From assembly GCA_964538565.1 (NCBI GenBank), contig CAZIGW010000055.1:1344-65343 (forward strand): a stretch of 64,000 nt of DNA, given 5' to 3'. Positions 18,796 through 29,703 of this stretch are shown here, in pieces. Under the pieces are notes generated by a model that searched no databases, had not been told where the DNA came from, and saw only the letters and a list, made by a program, of their open reading frames with translations. The stretch's first letter is position 1, and each line of letters starts with the position of its first letter. A program made the translations under genes and the position numbers. Source of the stretch: an uncultured Hyphomicrobiales bacterium. Its GTDB lineage: Bacteria > Pseudomonadota > Alphaproteobacteria > Rhizobiales > Xanthobacteraceae.

Positions 18796-21762
18796 TCACA
18801 TCGACGAGGATGCCCGTCGTCCGGCCTGCGCCGCCTCGACCGAGCGCGCCAGCACCCGCGCCACGTGCACCGCTTCGCGGCCGCTGCCGTCACGGATCTG
18901 CTGCCGGCAGGACGTGCCGTCGGCCACGATGACGGCATCGGCGGCGGCCTTGCGCACCGCCGGCAGCAGCGAGAGTTCGCCCATCGCCAGCGAGACATCG
19001 ATCGTCTCGGCGGCATAGCCGAACGCGCCCGCCATGCCGCAGCAGCTCGAATCGATCGTCTCGACCGCGAGACCGGGCACGAGCCGCAGCACCGCCTCGA
19101 CTGCGCTCATGGCGCCGAACGACTTCTGGTGGCAATGGCCGTGCAGCAGCGCGCGCGGGGCGATCGGCGCGAGCGGGAGCGACAGGCGACCGGCCTTCGC
19201 CTCGCGTGCCAGGAATTCCTCGAACAGGAACGATCGAGCGGCCAGTTGCCGCGCGGGCTCGTTGCGCAGGAGCGCCGGGATCTCGTCGCGGAAGCCGAGG
19301 ATGCAGCTCGGCTCGAGACCGACGAGCGGCACGCCGCGCTCGACGAATGGACCAACCGCCGCAAGCACGCGCTCCGCCTCGCGCCGCGCCTCGCCGGTCT
19401 TGCCGACCGAGAGGAAGGTCCGCCCGCAGCACAGCGGGCGCGCCGAGCCGTCGGCGGGCGCCGCGACATGCACGCGATATCCGCCCGCGCCGAGCACGGC
19501 GAGCGCGGCGTCGAGGTTCTCACGCTCGAAGTAGCGGTTGAACGTGTCGGCGAAGAGCAGGACTTCCGGTCCGTCGGCGGGGCCATGCGCGGCCGGATCG
19601 CGAAACACGTCGAAGCGCCAGCCAGGCAGGCGCCGCCGCGCGCTGAAGCCCGTGGCGCGCTCGGCGAGCTTCGCGACGCCGGGCAGCGCGTCGCGCAGGT
19701 TGGCGAGCCACGGCAGCATCGCGGCCCACGGCGCATAGCGCGGCAGATAGCCGACGAGGCGGTCGCGCAGGGAAAGTCCGAATTTCGCCGCGCGCGCCGC
19801 CTGCACCTCGATCTTCATGCGCGCCATGTCGACGCCGGTCGGACACTCGCGCCGGCATCCCTTGCAGGAGACGCAGAGCTTCAGCGTCTCCGCCATCTCG
19901 TCCGAGGTCAGCGCATCGGGTCCGAGCTGGCCGGTGACGGCGAGGCGCAGCGTGTTGGCGCGCCCGCGCGTGACGTCCTTCTCGTCGCGCGTCACCCGAT
20001 ACGATGGACACATCACGCCGCCGGCGAGGGCGCGGCAGGCGCCGTTGTTGTTGCACATCTCGACCGCGCCCTGGAAACCGCCGCCCGTGCCGGGATAGGC
20101 CGACCAGTCGAGATCCGTCGTCATCGGCTCGCCGCGATAGCCGGGGCCGTAGCGGAAATGACTGCGGTCGTCGAATTTCGGCGCGCGCACGATCTTGCCG
20201 GGATTGAACAGGCCGGCGGGATCGAATCGGTCCTTCACCTCCTCGAACGCGCGCACCAGGCGGTCGCCGAACATGGCGGCGTGAAACTCCGAGCGCACGA
20301 GGCCGTCGCCGTGCTCGCCCGAATGCGAGCCCTTGAATTCGCGCACCATGGCGAAGGCCTCTTCGGCGATCGCCCGCATCGCCTTGACGTCCTTGTCGAG
20401 CCGAAGGTTGAGCACCGGGCGCACGTGCAGGCAGCCGACGGACGCGTGCGCGTACCAGGTGCCGCGCGTGCCGTGCTTCTCGAAGATCTCGGTCAGGCGC
20501 GCCGTATAGTCGGCGAGGTGATCGAGCGGGACGGCGCAGTCCTCCACGAAGGAGACCGGCTTTCCCTCCTCCTTCATCGACATCATGATGTTGAGACCGG
20601 CGGTGCGCACGTCGGTGATGGCGGCCTGCAGCTTGGGGTCGAGCACGTCGACGACGCCGCCCCAGTGCGCCCCTGCCCTGTCCCAGGCGAAACCGAGATC
20701 GCCCATGAGTGCGTGCAACTGCTTCAGGCGCCGCAGGTTCTCGTCCCAGTCGTCCTCCGCGAACTCGACCAGCAGGATCGCGTCGGGCTCGCCGCGCAGG
20801 AAAGCGTCGAGCGTCGGACGGAACATGTCGATGTCATGGGCGAGATCGAGCATCGTGCGGTCGACGAGTTCGACCGCGATCGGCCCGAGCCGGACGATGT
20901 GCTGGGCGGCGTCCATCGCCTCGTAGAAGCGGCCGAAGTGACAGGCCCCGACCGCGCGCCGTCCGAGCAGCGGCCAGAGCTTGAGCTCGATGCGCGTCGA
21001 GAAGGCGAGCGTTCCTTCCGAGCCCACCAGCAAGTGGGCAAGATTGTGGGTCGGCGCATTGGGGGCGAGCACGTCGAGATTGTAGCCGCCGACGCGGCGC
21101 TGCACCCTGGGAAAGCGCGCCGCGATCTCGTCGGCCTCGCGCAGCCCGATGGCGAGGAGATCCTGCGCGAGGGGGCGCAGCCGGGAATCCGTCGGCACGT
21201 CGGAGAGGCCGGCGGATACCGCGCCGAAATGCGCGCGCGTCCCGTCCGCCAGCACGGCGTCGATCGAGAGCACGTTGTCGCGCGTCGTGCCGTAGCGCAG
21301 CGAGCGCGCGCCGCACGAATTGTTGCCGGCCATGCCGCCGAGCGTCGCCCGTGAGGCGGTCGAGATGTCGACCGGAAACCACAGGCCGTGTGGCCTGAGC
21401 TGCCGGTTGAGGTCGTCGAGCACGATGCCGGGTTCGACCGCGCAGCGCCAGCCGGCCACGTCGAGATCGACAACGTGGTTAAGGTATTTCGAGCAGTCGA
21501 CGACGAGGGACTCGTTGACCGTCTGCCCGCTCTGCGACGTGCCGCCGCCGCGCGGCAGCACACTCACGCCCTCCGCGCGGGCGATGGCGAGCGCCCGTTC
21601 CGCCTCCGCGACCGTGCGGGGCGCCACCACCCCGATGGGCATCATCTGGTAGTGGGACGCATCCGTGGCGTAGCGCCCGCGCGTGAACGGGTCGAAGGCC
21701 ACGTTCCCGCCCATCTCCGCCCGCAGGCGACGCTCCAGCCCGGGCAGCAGCTTGGCGCCCAT
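18796..21762 (-). CDS. FAD-binding and (Fe-S)-binding oxidoreductase, YdiJ/GlcD-GlcF-fusion type (2-hydroxyacid dehydrogenase-like)
   Basis: Track ORF 18796..21876(-). Start set to ATG 21762 (AAGGAAG SD). FAD/PCMH domain motif LPRGGGTSQSGQ. 4Fe-4S motif CVSCKGCRRECP. C-terminal CCG motifs PLCCGRTF and SSCCGMAGAFG. Confidence 0.85.
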   Translation of the reverse strand: MGAKLLPGLERRLRAEMGGNVAFDPFTRGRYATDASHYQMMPIGVVAPRTVAEAERALAIARAEGVSVLPRGGGTSQSGQTVNESLVVDCSKYLNHVVDLDVAGWRCAVEPGIVLDDLNRQLRPHGLWFPVDISTASRATLGGMAGNNSCGARSLRYGTTRDNVLSIDAVLADGTRAHFGAVSAGLSDVPTDSRLRPLAQDLLAIGLREADEIAARFPRVQRRVGGYNLDVLAPNAPTHNLAHLLVGSEGTLAFSTRIELKLWPLLGRRAVGACHFGRFYEAMDAAQHIVRLGPIAVELVDRTMLDLAHDIDMFRPTLDAFLRGEPDAILLVEFAEDDWDENLRRLKQLHALMGDLGFAWDRAGAHWGGVVDVLDPKLQAAITDVRTAGLNIMMSMKEEGKPVSFVEDCAVPLDHLADYTARLTEIFEKHGTRGTWYAHASVGCLHVRPVLNLRLDKDVKAMRAIAEEAFAMVREFKGSHSGEHGDGLVRSEFHAAMFGDRLVRAFEEVKDRFDPAGLFNPGKIVRAPKFDDRSHFRYGPGYRGEPMTTDLDWSAYPGTGGGFQGAVEMCNNNGACRALAGGVMCPSYRVTRDEKDVTRGRANTLRLAVTGQLGPDALTSDEMAETLKLCVSCKGCRRECPTGVDMARMKIEVQAARAAKFGLSLRDRLVGYLPRYAPWAAMLPWLANLRDALPGVAKLAERATGFSARRRLPGWRFDVFRDPAAHGPADGPEVLLFADTFNRYFERENLDAALAVLGAGGYRVHVAAPADGSARPLCCGRTFLSVGKTGEARREAERVLAAVGPFVERGVPLVGLEPSCILGFRDEIPALLRNEPARQLAARSFLFEEFLAREAKAGRLSLPLAPIAPRALLHGHCHQKSFGAMSAVEAVLRLVPGLAVETIDSSCCGMAGAFGYAAETIDVSLAMGELSLLPAVRKAAADAVIVADGTSCRQQIRDGSGREAVHVARVLARSVEAAQAGRRASSSM

Positions 21763-21958
21763 CGTCTTCCTTAACGCCGTTGCCAACGAGTGAAAGGCTA
21801 CCTCTGCCAAGAGGCTTGACTGACTGTCGCATTCGTCCTTCATGGCGGCAAGCCGCATGCTGCGGCGCATCACCATCGAACCTGATCTCGAATCCCGGCC
21901 GGCGAGCGACTGGGAGCCGGATCACCGGGACTCCAGTCCGAACTCGAAGGAAAGCCTG

Positions 21959-23167
21959 ATGTCGAAGAATTCCTCGCGCGTTGCCGGGCGCCATTTCCTG
22001 CACATTCCGGGGCCGTCGCCGCTGCCCGACCGGGTCCTGCGGGCGATGGACACGCCGATCATCGACCACCGCGGCCCCGAATTTCAGAAGCTGGCCAAGG
22101 GCGTGCTCGAGGGCATCAAGACGATCTTCAAGACCTCCAATCCGGTGATCATCTACACGGCGACCGGCACCGGCGCCTGGGAGGGCGCGCTCGTCAACAC
22201 GCTTTCGCCCGGCGACCGCGTGCTGATGGTGGAGACCGGCCAGTTCGCCGCGCAGTGGAAGAACATGGCGACGCGGCTCGGCCTCAGGCCCGAGGTCATC
22301 CCGACCGACTGGCGCACCGGCGCCGATCCGGCCGTGATCGAGGACCATCTGCGCAAGGACAAGAACCACGAGATCAAGGCGGTCTGCGTCCTCCACAACG
22401 AGACCTCGACCGGGTGCCTCTCCTCGATCGCGGACGTTCGCAAGGCGATCGACGCGGCGCGCCACCCGGCCCTGCTCATGGTCGACACGATCTCCTCGCT
22501 CGCCTCGACCGACTACCGCCATGACGAATGGGGCGTCGACGTCTCGGTGGGCGGCGCCCAGAAGGGCCTGATGCTGCCGCCCGGCATGTCGTTCAACGCG
22601 GTGAGCGACAAGGCGCTCGCGGCCGCCAAGACCTCCAAGCTGCCGAAGTCGTTCCTGTCCTGGGACGACATGCTCGGCATGAACAAGGTCGGCTTCTTCC
22701 CCTACACGCCCGCCACCCAGATGCTGCAGGGGCTGGCGCAGAGCATCGCCATGCTGCACGAGGAAGGCCTCGACAACGTGTTCGCCCGCCACGACCGCCT
22801 CGCCGAGGCGACGCGGCGCGCCGTGCGCGCCTGGGGCCTCGAAACCCTGTGCCGCGAGCCGAAGCAGCACTCGCCGACCATCACGGCCGTGCTCCTGCCC
22901 GAGGGCCACGACGCCGACGCGTTCCGGGCGCTCGCGCTCGAGCACTTCAACATCTCCTACGGGGCGAGCTTCGGCCCCTATGCGGGCAGGTATTTCCGCA
23001 TCGGCCACCTCGGCGACCTCAACGACGGCATGCTGCTCGGCGCGCTCGCCATCACCGAGATGGCGCTCACCCTTGCCGGCGTGCCGATCCGCAAGGGCGG
23101 CGTGCAGGCGGCGATCGACTACATCACGTCGGCCCACAAGCAGCCGGCGCGCGCCGCCGCGGAGTAA
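21959..23167 (+). CDS. Class-V PLP aminotransferase (serine/alanine--glyoxylate aminotransferase family)
   Basis: Tail of ORF 21842..23167 from ATG 21959. N-terminus GRHFLHIPGPSPLPDRVLRAM. PLP-lysine region VSVGGAQKGLMLPPG. Confidence 0.85.
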   Translation: MSKNSSRVAGRHFLHIPGPSPLPDRVLRAMDTPIIDHRGPEFQKLAKGVLEGIKTIFKTSNPVIIYTATGTGAWEGALVNTLSPGDRVLMVETGQFAAQWKNMATRLGLRPEVIPTDWRTGADPAVIEDHLRKDKNHEIKAVCVLHNETSTGCLSSIADVRKAIDAARHPALLMVDTISSLASTDYRHDEWGVDVSVGGAQKGLMLPPGMSFNAVSDKALAAAKTSKLPKSFLSWDDMLGMNKVGFFPYTPATQMLQGLAQSIAMLHEEGLDNVFARHDRLAEATRRAVRAWGLETLCREPKQHSPTITAVLLPEGHDADAFRALALEHFNISYGASFGPYAGRYFRIGHLGDLNDGMLLGALAITEMALTLAGVPIRKGGVQAAIDYITSAHKQPARAAAE

Positions 23168-23196
23168 GCCGCCGCCATTCCCGGATCGAGGACGCA

Positions 23197-23230
23197 CGGG
23201 GTCGGCCCAGGCCGGCCCCGTTTTTCTTTC
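23197..23230 (+). terminator. Rho-independent terminator after the aminotransferase gene
   Basis: Stem CGGGGTCGG (23197-23205) / CCGGCCCCG (23212-23220) with one G-T wobble, followed by TTTTTCTTTC. Confidence 0.7.
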
Positions 23231-23383
23231 GAGGGAGGCCGGATCGGGCCGCTCCGGAAAGGCTGGAGGAATTTTCTTTCCATTGGGCCAAGGAGACGGC
23301 CCGGATCGCCCAGGTCCCGGGGCCCGCGTGCTCACGTGCGATCTCAAGTGCGCCCGCCGGCCGATCCCGGGCCGCCGAGCCGC

Positions 23384-24096
<713 letters not shown>

Positions 24097-24100
<4 letters not shown>

Positions 24101-24858
24101 GACGCGACGGCCTCCTGCTCGCCGAGGTAGGCGCGGCGCACCTCGGCATCGGCCTGGATGGCGGCGGGCGGACCGGAGGCGATGACCCGGCCGTAGACCA
24201 GCACGGTGATGCGGTCAGCGAGCGCGAACACCGCCTCCATGTCGTGCTCGATCAGGAGGATCGTGTACTCGCCCTTGAGCGCGCGCAGAAGCGCGACCAT
24301 GCGGGCGGATTCCTCCGGCCCCATGCCGGCCATCGGCTCGTCGAGCAGCAGCATGTGCGGCTTGGTGGCGAGCGCCATGGCGATCTCGAGCTGGCGATGC
24401 TCGCCGTGACTCAGACGCGAGACGCGCGTGTCGGCGCGTCCGGCGAGCCCGACGCGCTCGAGCGCCGCGCGGGCCGGCTCGCGCAGCGCCGGTTCGCTCC
24501 GTGCCGGCCGCCAGAAGCGGAACGAATGCCCGGCATGCGCCTGCACCGCGAGCGCCACGTTGTCGAGCGCGGTGAGGTCGGGAAAGAGCGAGGTGATCTG
24601 AAACGAGCGGGCGAGCCCGAGCGCGCTGCGGCGATGGACCGGAAGCGCCGTGATGTCGCGTCCGGAAAATTCGATCCGGCCGGCGTTCGGGGCGATCTCG
24701 CCCGCGAGCTGGCCGATCAGCGTCGTCTTGCCGGCCCCGTTCGGGCCGATCACCGCGTGCAGCTCGCCGCGCATGATGTCGAGCGAGATTTCGTCGGCGG
24801 CGACGACGCCGCCGAAGCGTCGGGTCAGGCGCTCGACGCGCAGCAGGGGCTCAGTCAT
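24097..24858 (-). CDS. HAAT-family ABC ATP-binding protein, LivG-like
   Basis: ORF 24097..24858(-), 4-nt overlap with the LivF-like gene. Motifs [24 protein letters not shown]. Confidence 0.9.
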
Positions 24859-25798
24859 GGGCGCCCCTCGTCAACAGACCGTCGATGCCGCCGCGCGCGA
24901 ACAGGATGACGATCAGGAACAACGGGCCGAGCAGGATCTGCGAGTACTCGGTGACGCCCGACAGGACCTCCTCCAGCACCAGCAGCGTCACCGCGCCGAT
25001 CAGCGGGCCGAAGGTCGATCCCATGCCGCCGAGCACCACCATGACGATGAGATCGCCGGAGCGGGTCCAATGCATCATGGCGGGGCTGACGAACTCGGTG
25101 TTGTTGGCGAGCAGCGCGCCGGCCATTCCGCACAGCGTCCCGGCGATCACGAATCCGGCGAGGCGGTAGCGGAAGGTCGGAAAGCCGATCGCGCGCATGC
25201 GGCGCTCGTTCGAACGCGCGCCGCGCAGCACCATGCCGAAGCGCGAGTTGACGAGCCGCCAGACGAGATAGATCGCGGCGAGCAGCAGGGCGAGGCACAG
25301 ATAGTAGAACGCGACCCTGTTGGAGAGATCGAGCAGGCCGCCGAATTGGCTGCGCCGATAGATGGTGAGGCCGTCGTCGCCGCCGTAGCGGTCGAGCCCC
25401 TCGGCCACGTAGTAGGCCATCTGGGCGAACGCCAGCGTGATCATGATGAAGTAGACGCCGCGCGTGCGCAGGCTGAGCGCGCCGACCACGAGGGCAAAGA
25501 GCGCGGAGACGGCGAGCGCGACGGGCCACTGGGCGAAGCCGGAGGCGATCCCCTCGTGCGCCAGGATGCCGATCGCGTAGCCGCCGAGCCCGAGATAGGC
25601 GGCGTGCCCGAAGCTCACCATGCCGCCGTAGCCGAGGATGAGATTGAGACTGGTGGCGGCGAGTGCCAGGATGAGGACGCGGGTGAACAGCGTGAGCGGA
25701 AAGACATTCCCGGTGACGGCCGCATAGAGCGGCACGAGCGCCAGCGCGGTCAGCAGCGTGACGACAACAAGGCTGCGGGGAGCGAGCCGGGATTTCAT
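24851..25798 (-). CDS. HAAT-family ABC permease, LivM-like
   Basis: C-terminal 315 codons of track ORF 24851..26776(-), starting at ATG 25798 (MKSRLAPRSLVVV...). ATGA overlap with the upstream LivH-like gene. Polytopic. Confidence 0.88.
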   Translation of the reverse strand: MKSRLAPRSLVVVTLLTALALVPLYAAVTGNVFPLTLFTRVLILALAATSLNLILGYGGMVSFGHAAYLGLGGYAIGILAHEGIASGFAQWPVALAVSALFALVVGALSLRTRGVYFIMITLAFAQMAYYVAEGLDRYGGDDGLTIYRRSQFGGLLDLSNRVAFYYLCLALLLAAIYLVWRLVNSRFGMVLRGARSNERRMRAIGFPTFRYRLAGFVIAGTLCGMAGALLANNTEFVSPAMMHWTRSGDLIVMVVLGGMGSTFGPLIGAVTLLVLEEVLSGVTEYSQILLGPLFLIVILFARGGIDGLLTRGAHD

Positions 25799-26712
25799 CG
25801 GCCGGAAACCGGAAACAGGCCCTCCGGCCGCAGCACCAGGACCACGGCCATCAGCAGGTAGATCAGCATCGAGGAGATCGCGGGCGCGAGCGTCGAGGCG
25901 GCGGCCGGGCTCATGACGAGCTTGAACAGGTCGGGCAGGAACGCCCTTCCCATCGTGTCGACGAGGCCGACGAACACCGAAGCGACGAAGGCGCCGCGGA
26001 TCGACCCGATGCCGCCGATCACGATGACCAGGAAGGCGAGAATGAGAATGTTCTCGCCCATGCCGATCTGCGCGGTGAGGATCGGCGCCTGCATCAGGCC
26101 GGCGAGGCCGGCGAGCGCCGCGCCGAGCCCGAACACGAAGGTGTAGAGCAGCCTGATGTTGACGCCGAGCGCGCCCACCATCTCGCGGTTCGTGGCGCCG
26201 GCGCGGATCAGCATGCCGACGCGCGTACGCATCACCAGCACGTAGAGAAACGCGGCGACCAGGAGCGCCATCGCGATGATGGCCAGCCGGTAGGCCGGAT
26301 AGGGAACACCGGGCAGGATCTCGACCGACACGCTGAGCCAGGCGGGCAGCGGCAGGTTCATGCCGGCCGGCCCCCACACCACCCGCACCGCCTCGTTGAA
26401 GAACAGGATCAGCCCGAACGTGCCGAGCAAATGATCGAGGTGATCGCGGCCGTTGAGCCGGCGCAGCGCGATCACCTCGACCGCCATGCCGACCACGAGG
26501 GTCGCGGCGAGCGAAAGGACCGCGGCGAGCACGAAGCTGCCGGTCAGCGCCGCGAAGGTCGCCGCGAAATAAGCCCCGATCATGTAGAACGAGCCGTGCG
26601 CCAGATTGACGAGATCCATGATCCCGAACACGAGCGTCAGCCCGGCCGCGAGCAGGAACAGCAGGAGGCCGAACTGCAGACCGTTCAGGCACTGTTCGAT
26701 CAGGAGCACCAT
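25795..26712 (-). CDS. HAAT-family ABC permease, LivH-like
   Basis: ORF 25795..26712(-). N-terminus MVLLIEQCLNGLQFGLLLFLLAAGLTLVFGIMDLVNLAHGSFYMIGAY is typical of LivH. Confidence 0.9.
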   Translation of the reverse strand: MVLLIEQCLNGLQFGLLLFLLAAGLTLVFGIMDLVNLAHGSFYMIGAYFAATFAALTGSFVLAAVLSLAATLVVGMAVEVIALRRLNGRDHLDHLLGTFGLILFFNEAVRVVWGPAGMNLPLPAWLSVSVEILPGVPYPAYRLAIIAMALLVAAFLYVLVMRTRVGMLIRAGATNREMVGALGVNIRLLYTFVFGLGAALAGLAGLMQAPILTAQIGMGENILILAFLVIVIGGIGSIRGAFVASVFVGLVDTMGRAFLPDLFKLVMSPAAASTLAPAISSMLIYLLMAVVLVLRPEGLFPVSGR

Positions 26713-26804
26713 GGCTTTCGGGCGTGGCTGACGGCGATCGCCTCGTCAAATCGGTCGGCGGGCGCGCGTCGCGCACGTCCGCCCGGCGGCGTCCTGGGCC
26801 GCGT

Positions 26805-27977
26805 TCACTTCATCGGGCAGCGATCGTGGAAGCGATCCTGGTCGTTCTCCACGATCGTGGCGACGGTCTTGAGGACGAGCTCGCCGCCCGGGTTCTTCAC
26901 CACGTCCTGCAGATAGAAGCTCTGGATCGGGAAGTGGTTGTTGCCGAACCGGAACGGCCCGCGCACCGACTTGAAGTCCGCCTTCTCCATCGCCTTGCGC
27001 ATCTCGTCCTTTTTTGTGAGGTCGCCCTTCACGGCGACGACCGCGCTGTTGGCGAGATTGGCCGCGTCGTAGGACTGCGCGCCGTAGAACGACGGCGAGG
27101 ACTTGTACTTGCTCCTGTAGTCGGCGACGAACTTGCGGTTGACGTCGTAAGGCAGGTCGTTGACCCATTGCTGCGCGCCGGGCACGCCGAGCGCGAGCTC
27201 CTTCTGGCGCGGCAGCGAAAGTTCGTCGATTGTGAACGCGGTATAGAGCGGGATCTGTCCCTTGAGGCCGGCCTGCGCGTATTGGCCGAGGAACTGCACC
27301 CCCGCCGCGCCCGGATAGAACACGAAGATCGCGTCGGGTCGCGCCGCGCGCGCCTTCGAGAGTTCGGCCGAGAAGTCGAGCTGGTCCGGCCATTTCGTCA
27401 GCTCCTGGCCGACGATCCTGCCCTTGAAGGTCGAGGCGACGCCCGCGAGCATGTCCTTGCCGGCCGCGTAGTTCGGCCCGATCAGGAAGACCGACTTCAC
27501 GCCCTTCTGGTTCATGTAGAGACCCATCGCCTGCGGCGTCTGGTCGTTCTGCCACGAGGTCGAGAAGAAATAGGGCGAGCACAGTTCACCGGCGACCTGC
27601 GAGGGGCCGGCATTCGCGCCGATCAGGAAGGTCTTCGAATCGACGACCGGCTTGAGTGAGGCGAGCAGCACGTTCGACCAGATGTAGCCGACCACGAAGT
27701 CGACGTGGTCCGCCTCGATGAGCTTCTGCGTCTTCTGCTTGCCGACCTCCGGCTTCTGCTGGTCGTCCTCGTAGATCACCTCGACCGGCAGACCGCCCAT
27801 CTTGCGGCCGAGATGATCGAGCGCGAGTTCGAACGAGTTGCGCATGTCGTTGCCGATCACGGCGGTCGGGCCGCTGAACGTGCTGACGAAGCCGATCTTG
27901 ACGTTCTTGCTCTGCGCCAGCGCAGGTCCGCCCGCCAGCGCCAGGATGACGCCGGCTGTCAGTGCGGTCGCTTTCAT
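26805..27977 (-). CDS. HAAT-family periplasmic substrate-binding protein, LivK-like
   Basis: C-terminal 390 codons of track ORF 26805..29747(-), from ATG 27977. Signal peptide MKATALTAGVILALAGGPALA. Type I SBP motif IGFVSTFSGPTAVIG. Confidence 0.88.
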   Translation of the reverse strand: MKATALTAGVILALAGGPALAQSKNVKIGFVSTFSGPTAVIGNDMRNSFELALDHLGRKMGGLPVEVIYEDDQQKPEVGKQKTQKLIEADHVDFVVGYIWSNVLLASLKPVVDSKTFLIGANAGPSQVAGELCSPYFFSTSWQNDQTPQAMGLYMNQKGVKSVFLIGPNYAAGKDMLAGVASTFKGRIVGQELTKWPDQLDFSAELSKARAARPDAIFVFYPGAAGVQFLGQYAQAGLKGQIPLYTAFTIDELSLPRQKELALGVPGAQQWVNDLPYDVNRKFVADYRSKYKSSPSFYGAQSYDAANLANSAVVAVKGDLTKKDEMRKAMEKADFKSVRGPFRFGNNHFPIQSFYLQDVVKNPGGELVLKTVATIVENDQDRFHDRCPMK

Positions 27978-28346
27978 GTGCCCCTCCGGTCGGGTTGTCC
28001 CTTGATCGGGGCGCGATGCTAGCGGATCGGTCCGGTGCGCAAAAGGTCGGTCGGACGGCTCCGGGGTGCCATGTCTGATCGATGGATCGGTGCGAGCCGC
28101 GGATGTGCCGCGCCTCACGCCCGCCCCTCGCCGCTGCCCTCTCGTCCGCTTGCCATCGCGTACCTTTTGTGCAGGTGTCTTGCGCCCGGCGCGGCCCGCC
28201 GACCGATGCCGGATCGTGGCGCAAGCCCCGGCCCGGGCGCCCACGAAGGACCGACAACCGCGCCGAATTCCTCTATACTCCGGCGACCCCCTGCGGTGGC
28301 CGCGCCCGCGCGACGCCACGCTCAAAGAGATCCCAAGGAGAGGGAC

Positions 28347-29639
28347 ATGGATCAGTACCTGCGTGAAATCCACGCCGACGACATCAACCCCCGCTACAAC
28401 TGGAACCGCGCCCTGCCGGCGCTCGGCACCATGGGGGTCGACTTCGAGGAACGGGTGGACTACCGGCGGCTGCACCGCTATCGCCTCAGCCGTGTGAAAC
28501 AGGCGCTGGAGAACTCCGAACTCGGCGCGCTGCTCGTCTTCGACGTCAACAACATCCGCTACATCACCTCGACCAAGATCGGCGAGTGGGAGCGCGACAA
28601 GCTCTGCCGCTGGGCGCTGCTCACCCGCACCGGCGATCCGATCCTGTGGGACTTCGGCTCGGCCGCCGTGCACCACAAGCTGTTCGTGCCGTGGCTCAAG
28701 CCGGAGAACTGCAAGGCCGGGCTCATCGGCCTGCGCGGCACCGTCAATCCCTCGTTCGGGCTGATGACGCGCCACGCCGAGGAGATCGCCGCGCTCATCC
28801 GCGAAGCCGGCGTCGCCGACATGCCGATCGGGGTCGACATCATCGAGCCGCCGATGATGTTCGAGCTGGAGAAGGCCGGCCTGAAGGTCGCCGACGGCCA
28901 GCAGGTGATGCTGGAAGCGCGCGAGATCAAGAACATCGACGAGATCGCGCTGCTCAACCGCGCGGCCGCGATGGTGGACGGCGCCTATCACCTCATCAAC
29001 GAGGAGCTCAAGCCCGGCGTGCGCGAGAACGACATCGTCGCCAAGGTGAACGAGTTTCTCTATCGCAACGGCTCCGACGACGTGGAGGCGATCAACGCCA
29101 TCTCGGGCGAGCGCTGCAATCCGCACCCGCACAACTTCACCGACCGTATGCTGCGGCCGGGCGACCAGGCGTTCTTCGACATCCTGCAGTCGTTCATGGG
29201 CTACCGCACCTGCTACTACCGCACGTTCAACGTCGGCCGCGCCACCCCGGTGCAGCACGACGCCTACAAGAAGGCGCGCGAGTGGCTCGATCGCGCGATC
29301 GAGCTGATCAAGCCCGGCGTCACCACCGACCGCGTCTGCAGCGTGTGGCCGAAGGCCGAGGAGTTCGGCTTCCCGGACGAGATGTCGGCGTTCGGCCTGC
29401 AGTTCGGCCACGGGCTCGGGCTTGCGCTGCACGAGCGCCCGATCATCAGCCGGGTCGTCTCGATGACGCACCCGACCGAGATCAAGGAAGGCATGGTGTT
29501 CGCGCTCGAGACCTACTGCCCCGCGACCGACGGCTATTCGGCCGCGCGCATCGAGGAGGAGGTCGTGGTCACCGACAAGGGCTGCCGCGTGATCACCCTG
29601 TTCCCGGCCGAGGAACTGCCGATCGCCAACCGCTATTGA
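28347..29639 (+). CDS. M24-family (creatinase/prolidase fold) hydrolase with an atypical metal-ligand set
   Basis: Tail of ORF 28035..29639 from ATG 28347 (AAGGAGAGGGA SD). Creatinase-N-like domain followed by a pita-bread domain. Ligand positions are D278, C289 (normally Asp), H355 (GHGLG), E388 and E403. Confidence 0.8.
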   Translation: MDQYLREIHADDINPRYNWNRALPALGTMGVDFEERVDYRRLHRYRLSRVKQALENSELGALLVFDVNNIRYITSTKIGEWERDKLCRWALLTRTGDPILWDFGSAAVHHKLFVPWLKPENCKAGLIGLRGTVNPSFGLMTRHAEEIAALIREAGVADMPIGVDIIEPPMMFELEKAGLKVADGQQVMLEAREIKNIDEIALLNRAAAMVDGAYHLINEELKPGVRENDIVAKVNEFLYRNGSDDVEAINAISGERCNPHPHNFTDRMLRPGDQAFFDILQSFMGYRTCYYRTFNVGRATPVQHDAYKKAREWLDRAIELIKPGVTTDRVCSVWPKAEEFGFPDEMSAFGLQFGHGLGLALHERPIISRVVSMTHPTEIKEGMVFALETYCPATDGYSAARIEEEVVVTDKGCRVITLFPAEELPIANRY

Positions 29640-29663
29640 GCGGCTTCGGTTCGAGATCGAGGG

Positions 29664-29690
29664 GCCCGTCGCGGCAACGCGGCGGGCTTT
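29664..29690 (+). terminator. Terminator-like hairpin between convergent genes
   Basis: GCCCGTCGCG-GCAA-CGCGGCGGGC: 10-bp stem with one G-T wobble and a GCAA loop, followed by only TTT. Confidence 0.4.
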
Positions 29691-29703
29691 GGCGTCGCCC
29701 GCC

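Noticed and set aside
18865-21354. 829-aa plus-strand ORF
   Set aside because: It is antisense to the YdiJ-like FAD/FeS oxidoreductase, which has unmistakable FAD, 4Fe-4S and CCG motifs. The antisense product has no motifs.
23231-23383. Possible small RNA or complex structure in the convergent spacer between the aminotransferase and LivF-like genes (long-range GGCCCGGATCG .. CGATCCCGGGCC pairing, and an inner CACGTG palindrome)
   Set aside because: The pairings are imperfect, and GC-rich DNA produces many such stems by chance. There are no promoter-like or T-tail signals apart from the terminator already called at 23197-23230.
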